The notes under the pieces were generated by a model. That model did no database searches and was not told where the DNA came from. It saw nothing but the letters and a program-made list of their open reading frames with translations. Below are positions 37,381-49,264 of a stretch of 64,000 nt of DNA, in pieces; position 1 is the first letter of the stretch; the number at the start of each line of letters is the position of its first letter. The DNA comes from Gekko japonicus (taxonomy: Eukaryota). The stretch lies in NCBI RefSeq assembly GCF_001447785.1, contig NW_015175997.1:316878-380877 (forward strand). The letters are read 5' to 3'. The translations under genes and the position numbers were made by a program.

Positions 37381-38378
37381 CTTTTGTCTTAAAATGAGTC
37401 TAGCTCACCACCTAGTGGTGCATAATGCTAAAAAAGCTAGAAGTTTTGGCTGCCAGACAATCTTAGGATCTCCTGACTATACCATACACACTGCCATACA
37501 ATAATTATTATTTCATTAAAGCTATTAATGGGCACAGCAGCTACCCAATCTGTATACTTGGTGCAAAGTAAATTCTTATGTTGCATGTGGTATAAAATGT
37601 GGAGGTTTTCCTCCTATGTGACATTATGTAGGATAAAATATACTTGGCAGTGCTTCTCTGTGTTCGACTTCAGAGGCTGTTATTGTGTTTCTTTCAGAAC
37701 ATGAAAAGAAACTCACAGAGCCTAGGGGTAGAATTACCTTTGTGGTGTTGACATTAATAGAGCCTGAGGCAGCTGAATCTTAGGTATTGACCAGCATGGG
37801 ACACTAATTTGTTTGATCTAAAACATCTGAGGATTATCCTATGGTATTTGCTTTTAATGGTATCAGTGAGGACTGAGAGTATGCAGTCTGAGACAAATCA
37901 TTCTGCTACTAGATTTTAGCTTTATGGTAAACCTCTAGTTAACCTGTCAGGGGGGTTAGGGTTGTCAGAGAGGAGCTCTATAAGCACCCTGAGGGGTGAC
38001 AGATTTATCACTGCAGTTCTGGTTTAATTAGACACAGCCCTGTGTGTGAATGTTCTTCTGTAACCACAATAACTAAAAGCTTGTTTTTAAAGATCCAGAG
38101 TTCTTTTTGGTGTGTGCTGCTCCGGGATATTTGCACGATGCCAAGTATGTGAGAGAATGGCTCTGAAGAGCCTCCAGCTAGGCCTCAACTGCAGTAAGTA
38201 TTTTGGTCCCACGGCATAAGCTTCATTTCGCCGAGATCTCCACTGCTTTTTAAAAATGATAATCCGGCTCAAAGGCAGTGTCAGCAGAGAGAGGAAGTAT
38301 GCTGTATTCCAGTCTTACTCAATATCTGTAGCTGATTAGGACATTCTTTGCAAATGAAAAGTGTGTCTGAGAAACCTA

Positions 38379-38384
38379 TTTATT
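38379..38384 (-). terminator. ACP2: Candidate ACP2 polyadenylation signal
   Basis: TTTATT (AATAAA on the minus strand) ~620 nt past the stop; other candidates lie further downstream. Confidence 0.4.
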
Positions 38385-39003
38385 TTCTGTAGGCTGTAGG
38401 GAGAGGGGAACTTTTTGGTTCAGGCCCAACCGTCTCCCTGTACAGGGATCAAATTCCTCAGAGCAAAGTGCTCAAACAAATTACTTCATTTTACAAGGGT
38501 GGCAGCTTTCTGATTCTCAGCTACTGACTGGGCTGGAGAAGCCAGTTATTGCTGGTTTAGCTTCAGGCCCCTTTCCCACAGTTCGGAAGAGAGGTGCACA
38601 TGGCAACTAGTAGAGTGAACAAAGTTTTCTGAAGAGCAGCAGATTCCAGCTGACAGCTATGCTCAGTCAAAATGACCTTTTCTGCCCAGTGCTGAAGACT
38701 GCAGGCAACGTATTGGCTTCACAGAAAGTAAGTTTGTATCCTTGATGAAACTAGTTGCATATTAGCAAACAGCAACCTCAAATCACGCTGGTATTCCACA
38801 CCCAGTACTTAAATGCATTATCCAAATGACAGGTAGACTGGTTTTGATAGTCACAGAAGCTCTGACATCAAGTCTGGGCCTTTGGGCTTGGAGGCAACTA
38901 GCAAGACAAAGGAATGAAATGTTCAGTCACCGAAGGAAGCCCATCTTGTTCCTGGGGGCTGCAGTGTTCCTTCCTGCTGCCTCAGGAGGGGCTGGCACAG
39001 TTG

Positions 39004-39140
39004 TCAAGGTTGTTCCTCTCCTTCATTGGAAACGTGCCGGTAGCCAGGTGGTTTTGCCTTCATACGGAAGAGTACTGTCAGGAGCAGGACAGTAAGCAAG
39101 AAGAGGATGGATCCGCAGACAACCAAACCCACAATAAGTT
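39004..39140 (-). CDS. ACP2: ACP2 exon 11 (TM helix and cytoplasmic tail)
   Basis: [44 protein letters not shown]. Confidence 0.95.
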
Positions 39141-42100
39141 CTGCAAAGAGTGAAATGGATAAGCACTTTGAATAAGACAGCCAAAACACACACAAGTTCC
39201 TTCCTGGTTGTTTGGTCAGAGCACCTCCACTCACCTGTGTCTTTCATAGTGCTTGCTGTCTGACACTCCTGTTCCCAGTCCTGTGCAATAACCGGGTCTG
39301 TGAGTTGCAGGAATTTCAGCAATGGGCAATGCTGTTCACAGCCGGGTAACTGGAGTGGATAAGGCTGATGCCCACTTTCATTCCGAAAGTACATTTCCAC
39401 TGTAAAATTGCTAGGAATAAAAGAATTTGAGGTGAGTTGGCGCTGGTGATAATTACTCAGCTGCGTTCCGTTATGTTCCATTTTCAAAACAAGCCCTGAA
39501 CCATCACCCAGTCCCTTTCCACCCTTGTAAGTGCCTTAGTACAAGTTAACATATTGTTTCATACCACATTTGTGTATCTCTGTCCTTGAGAACAGAAATT
39601 ATCTTCCCAAGGGTAAAGCTTATGTTTACATGCTTGTCACACTAGAGGGTGTCAACTGTAGACTACAGAATACTGTTGAGATTTCTGATCTCAACTAAGT
39701 GCTGGAGAGAAAAAGCACACTATTTTAATCTCAGGATTTGTAGACTTTTTGCTTCATTCCATTTCCCATGAATACATGGAGGAAAGATAATGTTCAGCAA
39801 TACTTTCAAGTGAGTACTACAGAAGGTAAATCCTTTTGATTTACCTTTAAGTAAAGGTTCCCTTGCTCGAAAGCCAGTCGAATCCGACTCTAGGGTTGTG
39901 GTGCTCATCTCCGTTTCAAAGCCGAAGAGCCAGCGCTGTCCGAAGACGTTTCCGTGGTCATGTGGCCGGCATGACTAAACACCAAGGCGCACGGAACGCT
40001 GTTACCTTCCCACCAAAGTGGTACCTATTTATCTACTTGCAATTTCTTGCTTTCGAACTGCTAGGTTGGCAGGAGCTGGAACTAGAGATGGGAGCTCACT
40101 CCATCATGCGGCAAAGTAAAGTAAATTACCTTTACTGAGGCCCTTACCCATCATCCTCTTGGTACAGCTCAAACATAAGACATGAAGCATAAGGTGCTTG
40201 CCTCCCATTGTAAACATCCAGAGCCATCTGCAGGGCCCCAAGAGTGGTGTCATGCTAGGAAAAAGAAAGCGTGAGGCCCCTATTTCACAAGTAGAAAAGG
40301 AAAATAAGTGGGGAGGAGCATAGGGAACAAATAAGGACACTGACAAAAAGATAACATGAAGTAACAATGGTAGTGTTTGAGAGTGCATCACAAAACTTCT
40401 GCAGAATCATGCATGTACTTGCACAAAACCCCTGAAGAAGCACAGTCTATTTCGGATTTTAAACCTAAAAGGGTAGAAGTGCTGACTGGTCTTTCTTCTT
40501 CCACAGTACAGGAGAAACTGCTAGATGACATGGCTAGATTTTGTTTACCAAGGACGGGGGAGAAGAAAAGCACAAATTCAAGGTGAAAACTTACACATGA
40601 GTACACAAGCATTTTAAGGTGTTGGTGTGCAGAGGTGTTTGCAGCGAGAGTAAGGTTTTTCCTTATTTGAGAGAGGAGGACCCCTGAGGGGGGAAAAAAC
40701 AGACTATTATGATTTTATTTCTTGGTAGACCAGTGTATATAGTCTCTTACCCAAGATGCTGTCCTTGTCCCATCACTTACCACCCTGCAGACGAGCTTTC
40801 TCCAACCGTCTGTAGATCCCAAAAAGGAACTGAAAGCTGAAATCTTTCAGCTGTTGCAGCCGAGTCATCACACTCGGAGTCACCCATGATGGAAGCGGCA
40901 ATTGGTGTGTTTTCTGAGAAATATACAAGGGAAAGCTCGCTTAAATACAGTCTGGGCAAAGACTGACGCATTAACAGTCTGCTTTCAAATCTTTGGTATG
41001 CTAAGGAGGAAGAACAAACTTCGATAGTGAGTAAATCTAATGATGGCACCCATCAACCCTCATTCCAGGTTCTGCAAGCCCCAATTTTGCTATCAGAATA
41101 TGTCAATTGCAGTGCAGCCCTACACAGTTACACCTGTCTAAGCCAGATGACTTCAACAGATTTAGAAGGGTATAGACTGACAACTGCATTGTTTCTGATG
41201 ACCTCTTACAATGATGTTGCCCTCTCGACTGTACCTCTAAATCATAGTGATGAAAACAGCAACTCTAGGACTTGTACCTGTTTCCTAATTTGGCAGGGGA
41301 ACCTTCCTGGCACACCTAGGTGTTTAGATAAGTTGTAATTTATTGTGACAATAATGACTGTACCTGTTCAGTGGAAAGAAATTAAAACATCACAACAAAC
41401 TCTTAAATCTGCTCTCTGTCATAACTGTTTTCAAAGCAATTTTTCCATTAGGCTACAATCAAGGCCATTTTGGGGAGCCTACACTCCTTTAGATGGTTCA
41501 ATTAGTCTTCAGGAGTTTTGGAAAACTAAACATCTTGTTAGTTTATTTACAGTTCTAGATCTGCTGCCTCAGCAGCAACAACAAGAAAATTTAGTCTCGA
41601 GATTTCTTCCTGTGGTCAGCTGGTAGGAAATCAAGAGGAGCTCCCTTAGTTTGACACTTCTCTTTCCTACAAGGCATATGGAGGGGAACCCTCTAAAACT
41701 GTTGCTGTAATTATTCAAATAAATAATTCATTGTTATTAAATATAGTGACTAACAGTTGGTGGATACAAATAATGGACAGAAAAGCCCTTATGTGATCGC
41801 AAACTAAGAGTAGCTTCTAGCTTCCATTTTTTGTGTCCTAGGAAATGCTCATCTGTATGATAGGTGGATTCTGGCTTGAGAGAGTAGATTTTATACTGCA
41901 AGAACCGGTGTGTATGCACATGCATTCCCACACACTGCATCTCAAACTAGGTTAAAAATTGTCAAGGGAGATGGCAGGTTTTGTCTTTACCACAACAGTG
42001 TCCTCAAGTATAGCGCTTAGGAACGGGAAATGTTCGGATACACTGGAGAATGGAAATGGGTGCACTACGCAAGACACCACTGGAGAGAGGCTAAATCTGG

Positions 42101-45100
42101 TTAATCCCGCTGTGAACCCTGGTATCAAGCCTGCTTTTATTTGCATAACCTCACCCTAGATTCCTTTTCTTGGTCATGTATGACAAAATTCTGGGAACTA
42201 GTGGAAGAGATTCTGAGCATGCTTTCAGTGGAGACCATCCTTAGTGTATAAAATAGTGCCCCTTTCTTTTTTTTTGTAACTTTCTTTTTATTAAATAACA
42301 GCATTTTTACAACCAAACAACCAAACAACTTTTCAAATACAAGCATATAAATATAAACAAAGTTATAAATTCAGTTTTAACATTAACAATCAACCTAAAC
42401 CTTGAAGCAAGCATATAACAGTCTACTAATCCTTCTATAACTTCAACAACTGTTCTGTATTTAATAAAATGCAAAATCTTCATACCTTGGTGGTTTCTTA
42501 ATAACTTCATTTGGTTCTGATTCTATATAACTAAAAAAGGTAAACCATTTTTCCATAAAATTCAAATTTTTTGTAGGGTTATCTGCCAGCTCAAGTTGTA
42601 TCGCTATTTTATCTTGGACTATCACATCCCACACTTTGTTGAACCAATGTTTTAATGTTGGAATTACTGGTTTATTCCACTGTTGGGCTAACACAGTTTT
42701 GGCAGCCAATATAAGCTGTGCTGCAATTTCTTTGTTCAATTTAGTCATTGTGGAGTTTTAATAGTGCCCCTTTCTACTACTGCTGGAAAGTGCTTGAGGT
42801 TAGACAAGTAATATTCTAATGGGGGAGGGAACTCTTTATTCTACAGCAAAAATGCAACTTCAGCTAGCACTTAAGTTTTTCAGTTTAGAAAGCAAATGAC
42901 TAGTAAAGGAGAAAGACAACTCACTTCACAGAATAGTGTATCATACACACTCCAAACAGACTCAAGGGAAATGTCCTTGATTCCTGTCTCTCGCGCCACC
43001 ATCTTCAGGAATTCCTGTGGGGTCATGCAACGACAGAGTTCATTTTTCTATCTCTCTATGGCCCAAAAACTGTATACAACTATAGTCATCTCAGCTACCA
43101 GCCCTCACAATTCATAACTTACCATATTCTGAACTGTTTTATTTACATACTCTGGTGTATGCCGAGTTTCATTTTGCAGCAGTTCGTAACGGGGGCAGGG
43201 GGTTAATGGAAACTTCAGGAGCTGGATAGAGGCAAAATGTATGTTAGCTCAATGGACCATTTGAACACAGATCCCAACTCATGAGCAAGACTTACCAAGT
43301 GGAATGGACTTGCTGATGGGTTCCTTTGCCCTAAGCAAACTGACTGCTACTTTTAAGTGAGATCTCCACCAGGCAGGTGAAACAAATAAGGCTCTATGAA
43401 CTACCTCTCATACCCAAACAGATGAGGCAGGGAGAACAGCAGAATAGCAGAATTCAGGACAGATGAAAGCGGCATTAAAGAGGGAGGTTTTCTGATGCAA
43501 GCAACACATTAGAGCTACCAGCAGTTACTCTATGAGTGACTCACCCGCTCCACAGAACCAGGTACTGTATGGACAGGGATGGGCTGCCAAGAAACATTGG
43601 GACTGAACACCTGTTGACCTTCTGGGGGGTACAGTCCTGCCAGATTGGCCTCAGCACTCATCAGGGTCCGATCAAAATCTGTGCTGCGGATGAAGATCTG
43701 TTCAGTGTAGAATCAAACACAGAGTGCACATTTCATTAGAGTCACTAATGTTCACAATTTTGTTCTGATAAATTAATAGGCCTTTCTGAATGGGCTGACA
43801 GGTACCCTGAACAAAACATGGAGTGACAGACCAGCTCCCAATAAACTGCATGAATAAGAGTTGAAGCAAAATGTAGTTTGGGGCTGTATTGCTAGGGAAA
43901 GTTGTTCCAGAGTGCTACAGAAAGGGGACGGGGATTGGGAAGAGAACCTAACACTGGGGCAGTACTGTAGCTACATCAAACTATGATGATGGAGAAGAAG
44001 AGATTGAATTTATACCCCATCCTTCACTCGGAGTCTCAGAGTGGCTTCCAAACTCCTTTCCCTTCCCCTCCCCACAACAAACACCCTGTGACGTAGGTGG
44101 GGCTGAGAGAGCTCTGACAGAAACTGCTCTTTCAGGAGCAGCTCTGATAGAACTATGGCTTGACCAAAGTCATCCAGCAGCTGCAAGTGGAGGAGTGGGG
44201 AATCAAACCCGGTTCTCACAGATTAGAGTCCGCACACTTAACCACTACACCAAACTGGCTCTAGTTTTAGCCATGAGTTATGACAAATGTCTGTCACTCT
44301 CTTCAAGAGTATAGGCAAACAACAACTATTTACATTTACAGTCTTGGAGTGAGTTTTAATGCAGCAAGCCAGGAAAACACAAAATATTCCAGGAAAATGA
44401 ACTCATGCTTTCCCCAAAGATATCCCAGATTCATTACAGGAAGCCAGGTGTGCAGTCTCGATAGTTTATACTGGTCCTGCAATGATCTGGCACTTGTATG
44501 GACTGGAAGTACCCTGCATACATGAACTATGGAGATCAGATATACTGACTGATGCATTTGAACCCTTCAGTAAGTCCTATGCTGTTAAGCACCAGCCTTC
44601 ACAATGTGGTTTCTTAAACATCCCTGCTGCCAGAAAGCTCAGTAGCAAGTAACTCGTTTTGATAAGATCAAAATTGTCTAAAAAACTGAAGAAAGCAACT
44701 TCCTAGATCTTCAATTTTAAAAAAATCATGGAAATAGCCTGAATTCTAACCAGAGAGTTTTAAGCCTTCTTTAAGTCAGTGTCTGGAACTTATGAAGGAA
44801 GGGACATGCAAACCTACAAGGCACAAAATATTTGAGAATATTAATCTTTTATTATGCAAACAGTGTTGCTCTCTCGACTGATTTCAATTAATTTGGTGCA
44901 TGGGGAGCTCCCAGCACACCAGCTTTTCAACTTCCTTTTTTTAAAAAGAAGGCACACTAGGATATCTGCAGATAAGAAACAGGAGTAGGCAGTGAGCCCA
45001 AGACTGACAGAGGCTGGTGGCTGGCTGAGATAGGGTTACTCTCCAGATTAGAGTGGGAAGAGCTGAAGTGGGTGTTTTCAGATGGGCCAGAAGCAATTAG

Positions 45101-48100
45101 AAACATCTAATGCTTGCCCACATAGCTATCCTTTCTTGAACCCCAAAAGGCATCCAGAACAGTGTTCCCTCTAAGCTGAGTTAGTGTGAGCTCGCTCACA
45201 GTTTTTTAGCCTCCGGCTCACCCATTTTTGTCTTAGCTCAGGAAGGATGGCTCCAGAGCAGACTAACATATGCAGTAGCCAAATCGCTCGCTCACAATTT
45301 TAATGCCAGGAGCTCAGAAAGTAGAATTTTTGCTCACAAGACTCCACAGCTTAGAGGGAACATTGATCCAGAGAGGATGGGAGTGAAATCTACATTAAGG
45401 AGGTGGAAGGGACTGACATCTTGCAGTAGCTTGGAAAGAACCAAAAGGCTGTACAGCCCAGCCCTTCTATCTAGGAGCCATTGTTTCACTTTCCACAACC
45501 ACATGTATCCTGTCCATAACATACACCCCTGTGCAGAAATTTCACCTGACATTACAAGCACATATTACCAGGCAGAAACAAAAAAAATCTGCAAGCTTTC
45601 CCTTACCCATTTCCACAGTTGTGGCCAATGTTCCCTCTAAGCTGAGTTAGTGTGAGCTAGCTCACACTAACTCAGCTTAGAGGGAACACTGGTTGTGGCT
45701 ATTGCCCAGTAAGGCAGCAACTTTAAAGCAGAGGACCAAATTTGCCAGCTGAGAATTTCCCCCTCTTCTTAGCAATATATAAAAAGTATACATGGCATCT
45801 AAGCTGGTGGGGTGTTACTCCAGGAAGCATAAATACAGACAAAAGAAGCAGCGTGCCCAGACCAGATTCTGTCTGCACTTGATAACGCATCAAAGTGTCA
45901 GGGATGAACTGTAGCTTGGATGGCTTTCATGCCGTTTCTAACGTTCAGGAATTTGTTTCATTGCTCCTTTAAGAACTGCTGCAAAGTTCTCTGACTGAAC
46001 TCTGTTTCCTACAAGATCCAAGGCTCATTTACAGGGTCTGCAAACATGCAGTAAAAGGGTCAGTCTCTCTGTCCACTCTGCTTCTTGAAGCTATGTCTTC
46101 TGACGTGCAAACTCCCACCAGACATGTCAAAAGATACCTGGCTGACCCATAAAGAAAATGCAAGGCTGGTTTTTGCTGTCACATCGTGTGAAACAGCCCT
46201 TGGATCAGAAACTGGCAGAGAAAGAAAACTAAAAAGCAGGACTGTTCTTACAAAGGCAGGATGGGCTCTACTCTGGGCAGAAGAGGTATCATACTTCCTA
46301 AAGAACTTTATCTGCCATTGAGGCTATCGTGGCTGCAGAACTCGTTTTAAAAAGCCACAAGAAGCTGCTGACGAGAGTGGTCATCCCCCCTAGAAAGGAG
46401 GGAAGAGGTAGGGCCATTGTTTGCTTTCACCACATTCTTTCCCTTAAAGTATATACTAGTTTAATTTTCTTCTTCTGCTGCTGACTGATTTTGTTGTTAA
46501 GTTACAGAAAAACATGCTGAGGGCTAAAAAAAATCCAGTTGGTTTGGTTTTTGATCACAAGGGCCCACGATCTCTGTTATATAGCTGAAATGTGACACAG
46601 TGGCTGAGAAGCACAAGGTGCTATTACCGTTATCTTTTGCTGAATCCTGATAACTGATTGTGACTTCCAGTGTCTACTTTCATCACAAGGCGACGTAAAA
46701 AACCACAACTCATCTGAGTGCCTCTAATTATAGTTCTACCTTGAGAAGAACAGAGACAAGCCCAAGCATGTGTTCCCTCTTTGCAGAGAAAATGACACGA
46801 TCCAGTAAACATCACAGTTTGCAGATCTCTGATTAATAATTACCCATTGAAAAGAGAGGAGGAGAGAGGAAGGAAGCTGTACTGATAGGATTAGTAAACG
46901 GGGATTGTGTACTGACCTCCTGTCTATTGTAGTAAACAGGGATTGTGTACTGACCTCCTGTCGATTGTACGAGGCATTCAGGAATCCATCATAGCGCCTT
47001 CGCAGGGCTTGGCCCAGCTCCCAGTGTTGCCGCATCCCTTCCTATGCACATCAACAGCAACAAATTAACAACAAAGCAGAGTCTATTGCAATCTTGCCAA
47101 AACAGCACAGAGTGGAAAGCAAGGCCAACAGTTTCAGCGTGAATACTGTTGACTCAGGAAACGCGAACAAAAATCCTTCCTGAAACAGATGAAGCTGTCC
47201 TCCCCGAACAGCCTACTATCTACTTCTTTCTGAGATAGTAGGAAGCAAAGAAAGGCAGCAGCAAAAAAGACCTAAAAAGCACAGTGGGTGGGAAAAAAGA
47301 TGTGAATTTCAAACTGGCACCCAAAAGAGAATGTATTACCAAAATACATTTTGCCCTGCATCCTGAGTTGTCCTGTTTGAGAACAGAATGTTTCTTTCTG
47401 GGATACCCACCTGAGACAGCTGTCCAAACCCCTGTGGCCAAACATTTTCCTGATAGGGATCTCGGGGGTATGCCTTCACGGGAGAACGATCACCATGACG
47501 ATATAACTGGGGGGAAAAATACTGCAAAGTCACAAAGACGCCAGGGTTTTTTCTACATTCATGCTGCTGCTTCTGAACTGCTTTGTCCCAGAGATCACTG
47601 GCTTTACTTTACTTTGCTAGCCTGGAGACAAGGAGAGAACAAAAATCTGGCAGCAGGTGTCATGCACAATAAAGTACACTTGATGATGCCTGTAAGCAAG
47701 ACTGATCATTATTACTTCTGTGGTCATTCCTGGCTCATATCATACTAACAGTAAGTATATTTTTTAAAAATATAGCAAGAGATATAATTTTTGATATTTT
47801 CTTAACACAAAAGCTGTGGCTGTCCTTAGCATTGATTTTAAAGCACTTGCTTCCTGATACCTGCAGAAAACAAACAACCAAACCAGGATTTTTGTCAACT
47901 GTAAGCACTACAAGGCAAATGCAAAAGGTAGCTATTTTCCACCGAGACAGAAATTCCTTCTTTTTCATTTCATGATATTTCATGATTGGTTGCATTTTTT
48001 TTCTTTATTAATCTTTGGGGCTGCCAGTGTCATGTGAATCCCCCCCCCAGCCCATCATGGCCCAGCTCTATACCGCACCCCGTAATATCTTGCCCCCGCC

Positions 48101-48239
48101 CCAATTGTTGTTTCCTCACCAAGGTAACAAAGCGGAGATTCCGACCCTGGGCAAGTGGCGAGGCTAGTCCAATGATGAGAAGCAGCAGCAATGGAAAAGG
48201 AACAACTATACATCTCCGGCGCTTCCTTCTATCCTCCAT
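39004..48239 (-). CDS. ACP2: Lysosomal acid phosphatase, 11 coding exons, 428 aa: 48239-48120, 47506-47411, 47041-46955, 43697-43545, 43221-43123, 43014-42925, 40913-40781, 40683-40595, 40254-40148, 39410-39235, 39140-39004
   Basis: Spliced 1287-nt ORF; signal peptide, RHGDRSP nucleophile, HD acid motif, TM helix and GYRHV lysosomal sorting motif; all junctions GT-AG. Confidence 0.97.
39235..39410 (-). CDS. ACP2: ACP2 exon 10
   Basis: [12 protein letters not shown]...PGCEQHCPL...DWEQEC. Confidence 0.95.
39848..40105 (-). mobile_element. Sauria SINE (5'-truncated) in ACP2 intron 9
   Basis: GTAAAGG tail; GGTCATGTGGCCGGCATGACT..GTACCTATTTATCTACTTGCA core. Confidence 0.88.
40148..40254 (-). CDS. 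ACP2: ACP2 exon 9
   Basis: [35 protein letters not shown]. Confidence 0.95.
40595..40683 (-). CDS. ACP2: ACP2 exon 8
   Basis: [29 protein letters not shown]. Confidence 0.93.
40781..40913 (-). CDS. ACP2: ACP2 exon 7
   Basis: [13 protein letters not shown]...EKARLQG. Confidence 0.95.
42268..42759 (-). mobile_element. 5'-truncated L1 LINE (ORF2 C-terminus, 3' UTR, polyA)
   Basis: [35 protein letters not shown]; 16-bp TSD AATAGTGCCCCTTTCT at 42252 and 42760. Confidence 0.9.
42925..43014 (-). CDS. ACP2: ACP2 exon 6
   Basis: [30 protein letters not shown]. Confidence 0.95.
43123..43221 (-). CDS. ACP2: ACP2 exon 5
   Basis: [20 protein letters not shown]. Confidence 0.95.
43545..43697 (-). CDS. 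ACP2: ACP2 exon 4
   Basis: [25 protein letters not shown]...[10 protein letters not shown]. Confidence 0.95.
43990..44262 (-). mobile_element. tRNA-derived SINE (Squam3-type)
   Basis: Full-length reverse copy ending CACTACACCAAACTGGCTC. Confidence 0.9.
45160..45365. mobile_element. hAT MITE, 206 bp (TIR CAGTGTTCCCTCTAAGCTG)
   Basis: TIRs; TSD ATCCAGAA/ATCCAGAG; another copy at 55123-55328. Confidence 0.92.
45626..45691. mobile_element. 66-bp foldback derivative of the same hAT MITE
   Basis: Near-perfect palindrome; perfect 8-bp TSD GTTGTGGC. Confidence 0.92.
46892..46969. repeat. 38-bp tandem duplication spanning the ACP2 exon 3 donor
   Basis: TAGTAAAC(G/A)GGGATTGTGTACTGACCTCCTGTC(T/G)ATTG twice, with two mismatches. 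Confidence 0.95.
46955..47041 (-). CDS. ACP2: ACP2 exon 3
   Basis: [29 protein letters not shown]. Confidence 0.95.
47411..47506 (-). CDS. ACP2: ACP2 exon 2
   Basis: [32 protein letters not shown]. Confidence 0.96.
48120..48239 (-). CDS. ACP2: ACP2 exon 1 (signal peptide)
   Basis: GCCATGG Kozak context; [40 protein letters not shown]|GTGAGG. Confidence 0.9.
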
Positions 48240-48750
48240 GGCTTTCTTCCAATTATAGCGATGTTCCCCATTCCACATCCGTGCCTTGGTAATAGAGAGC
48301 ATGCTCAAGTCACCCGAGCATGCTCAGTATGGTAAGTGAAGCTGCTGAGTGGGTTTTTTTTGCCCTTCGTTCTTGAGAGATTCCTTGTGTGCTGAGGATG
48401 ACAGATAGAGGGAGCAATTGTACACAGGTCTACACGGAAATAAATCCCATTTTATTTGATTGGCGAACTGCCAGGAAAGTGTTCTTCGGCTTGCCGCCAA
48501 GTACGTGAATGGATCTTGAAGCTGAGGTTAGTTCTTCACGGTCCAGTAAGAAGTGTCATCAACTCTGCACAGACTGACTCTGTTTTGCTATTAAACGGGA
48601 GGCGAAGCGATTTTCCAGTTAACGTCCAAAATGTGACTACTGCCGGGGAAGGAGGGGCAACGACGATTGAGTCGGACAGAGTAAATGTCGCTTAGGCTGA
48701 AACGTGGAAGGTGAAAGATCAGGAAGACTATGTTGCAAGAAGGGTCGAGC
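48240..48750 (-). promoter_or_regulatory. ACP2: ACP2 5' UTR/promoter (moderately CpG-rich)
   Basis: CpG enrichment directly upstream of the ATG; CCAAT (ATTGG ~48460); paired GAGCATGCTC. Confidence 0.55.
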
Positions 48751-48764
48751 TTTGTCCTTTATAT

Positions 48765-48768
<4 letters not shown>

Positions 48769-48820
<52 letters not shown>

Positions 48821-48844
48821 AGATTGCCATGACCCCCAGGTGCA

Positions 48845-48895
<51 letters not shown>
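48769..48895. repeat. (CT)n and (CA)n microsatellites
   Basis: Directly visible dinucleotide runs. Confidence 0.95.
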
Positions 48896-48897
<2 letters not shown>

Positions 48898-49264
48898 CTG
48901 TCCAGCCTTTGCTTCAGGAAACGAAGTTATGGTGTTCAGTTCGGCCACTTACACGGGGGATTTACACTTGCAGACTCATAACGGAATTCACATCTAACTG
49001 GTCTCACCCCCTCCCCCATTATATTCCCCTTAAGAAGAATTCCTGGTTTGATTATTCTCCACCTATCCGTGGAAGTGAGCAGTGACTCACAAAAGATCAT
49101 ATTGAAATAAATACTGTTAGTCTTTGAGATGGTACTGGACTTTTGTTATAACAGACTAACACTACTCCTTTTCAGTTGGCTATGGAAACTGGGACCGGGG
49201 ACTTGAATAAGATATTATGTCCAAGGACTGTGAAGGCAGGCAAAATTGAGAGGGAATAAGATAC

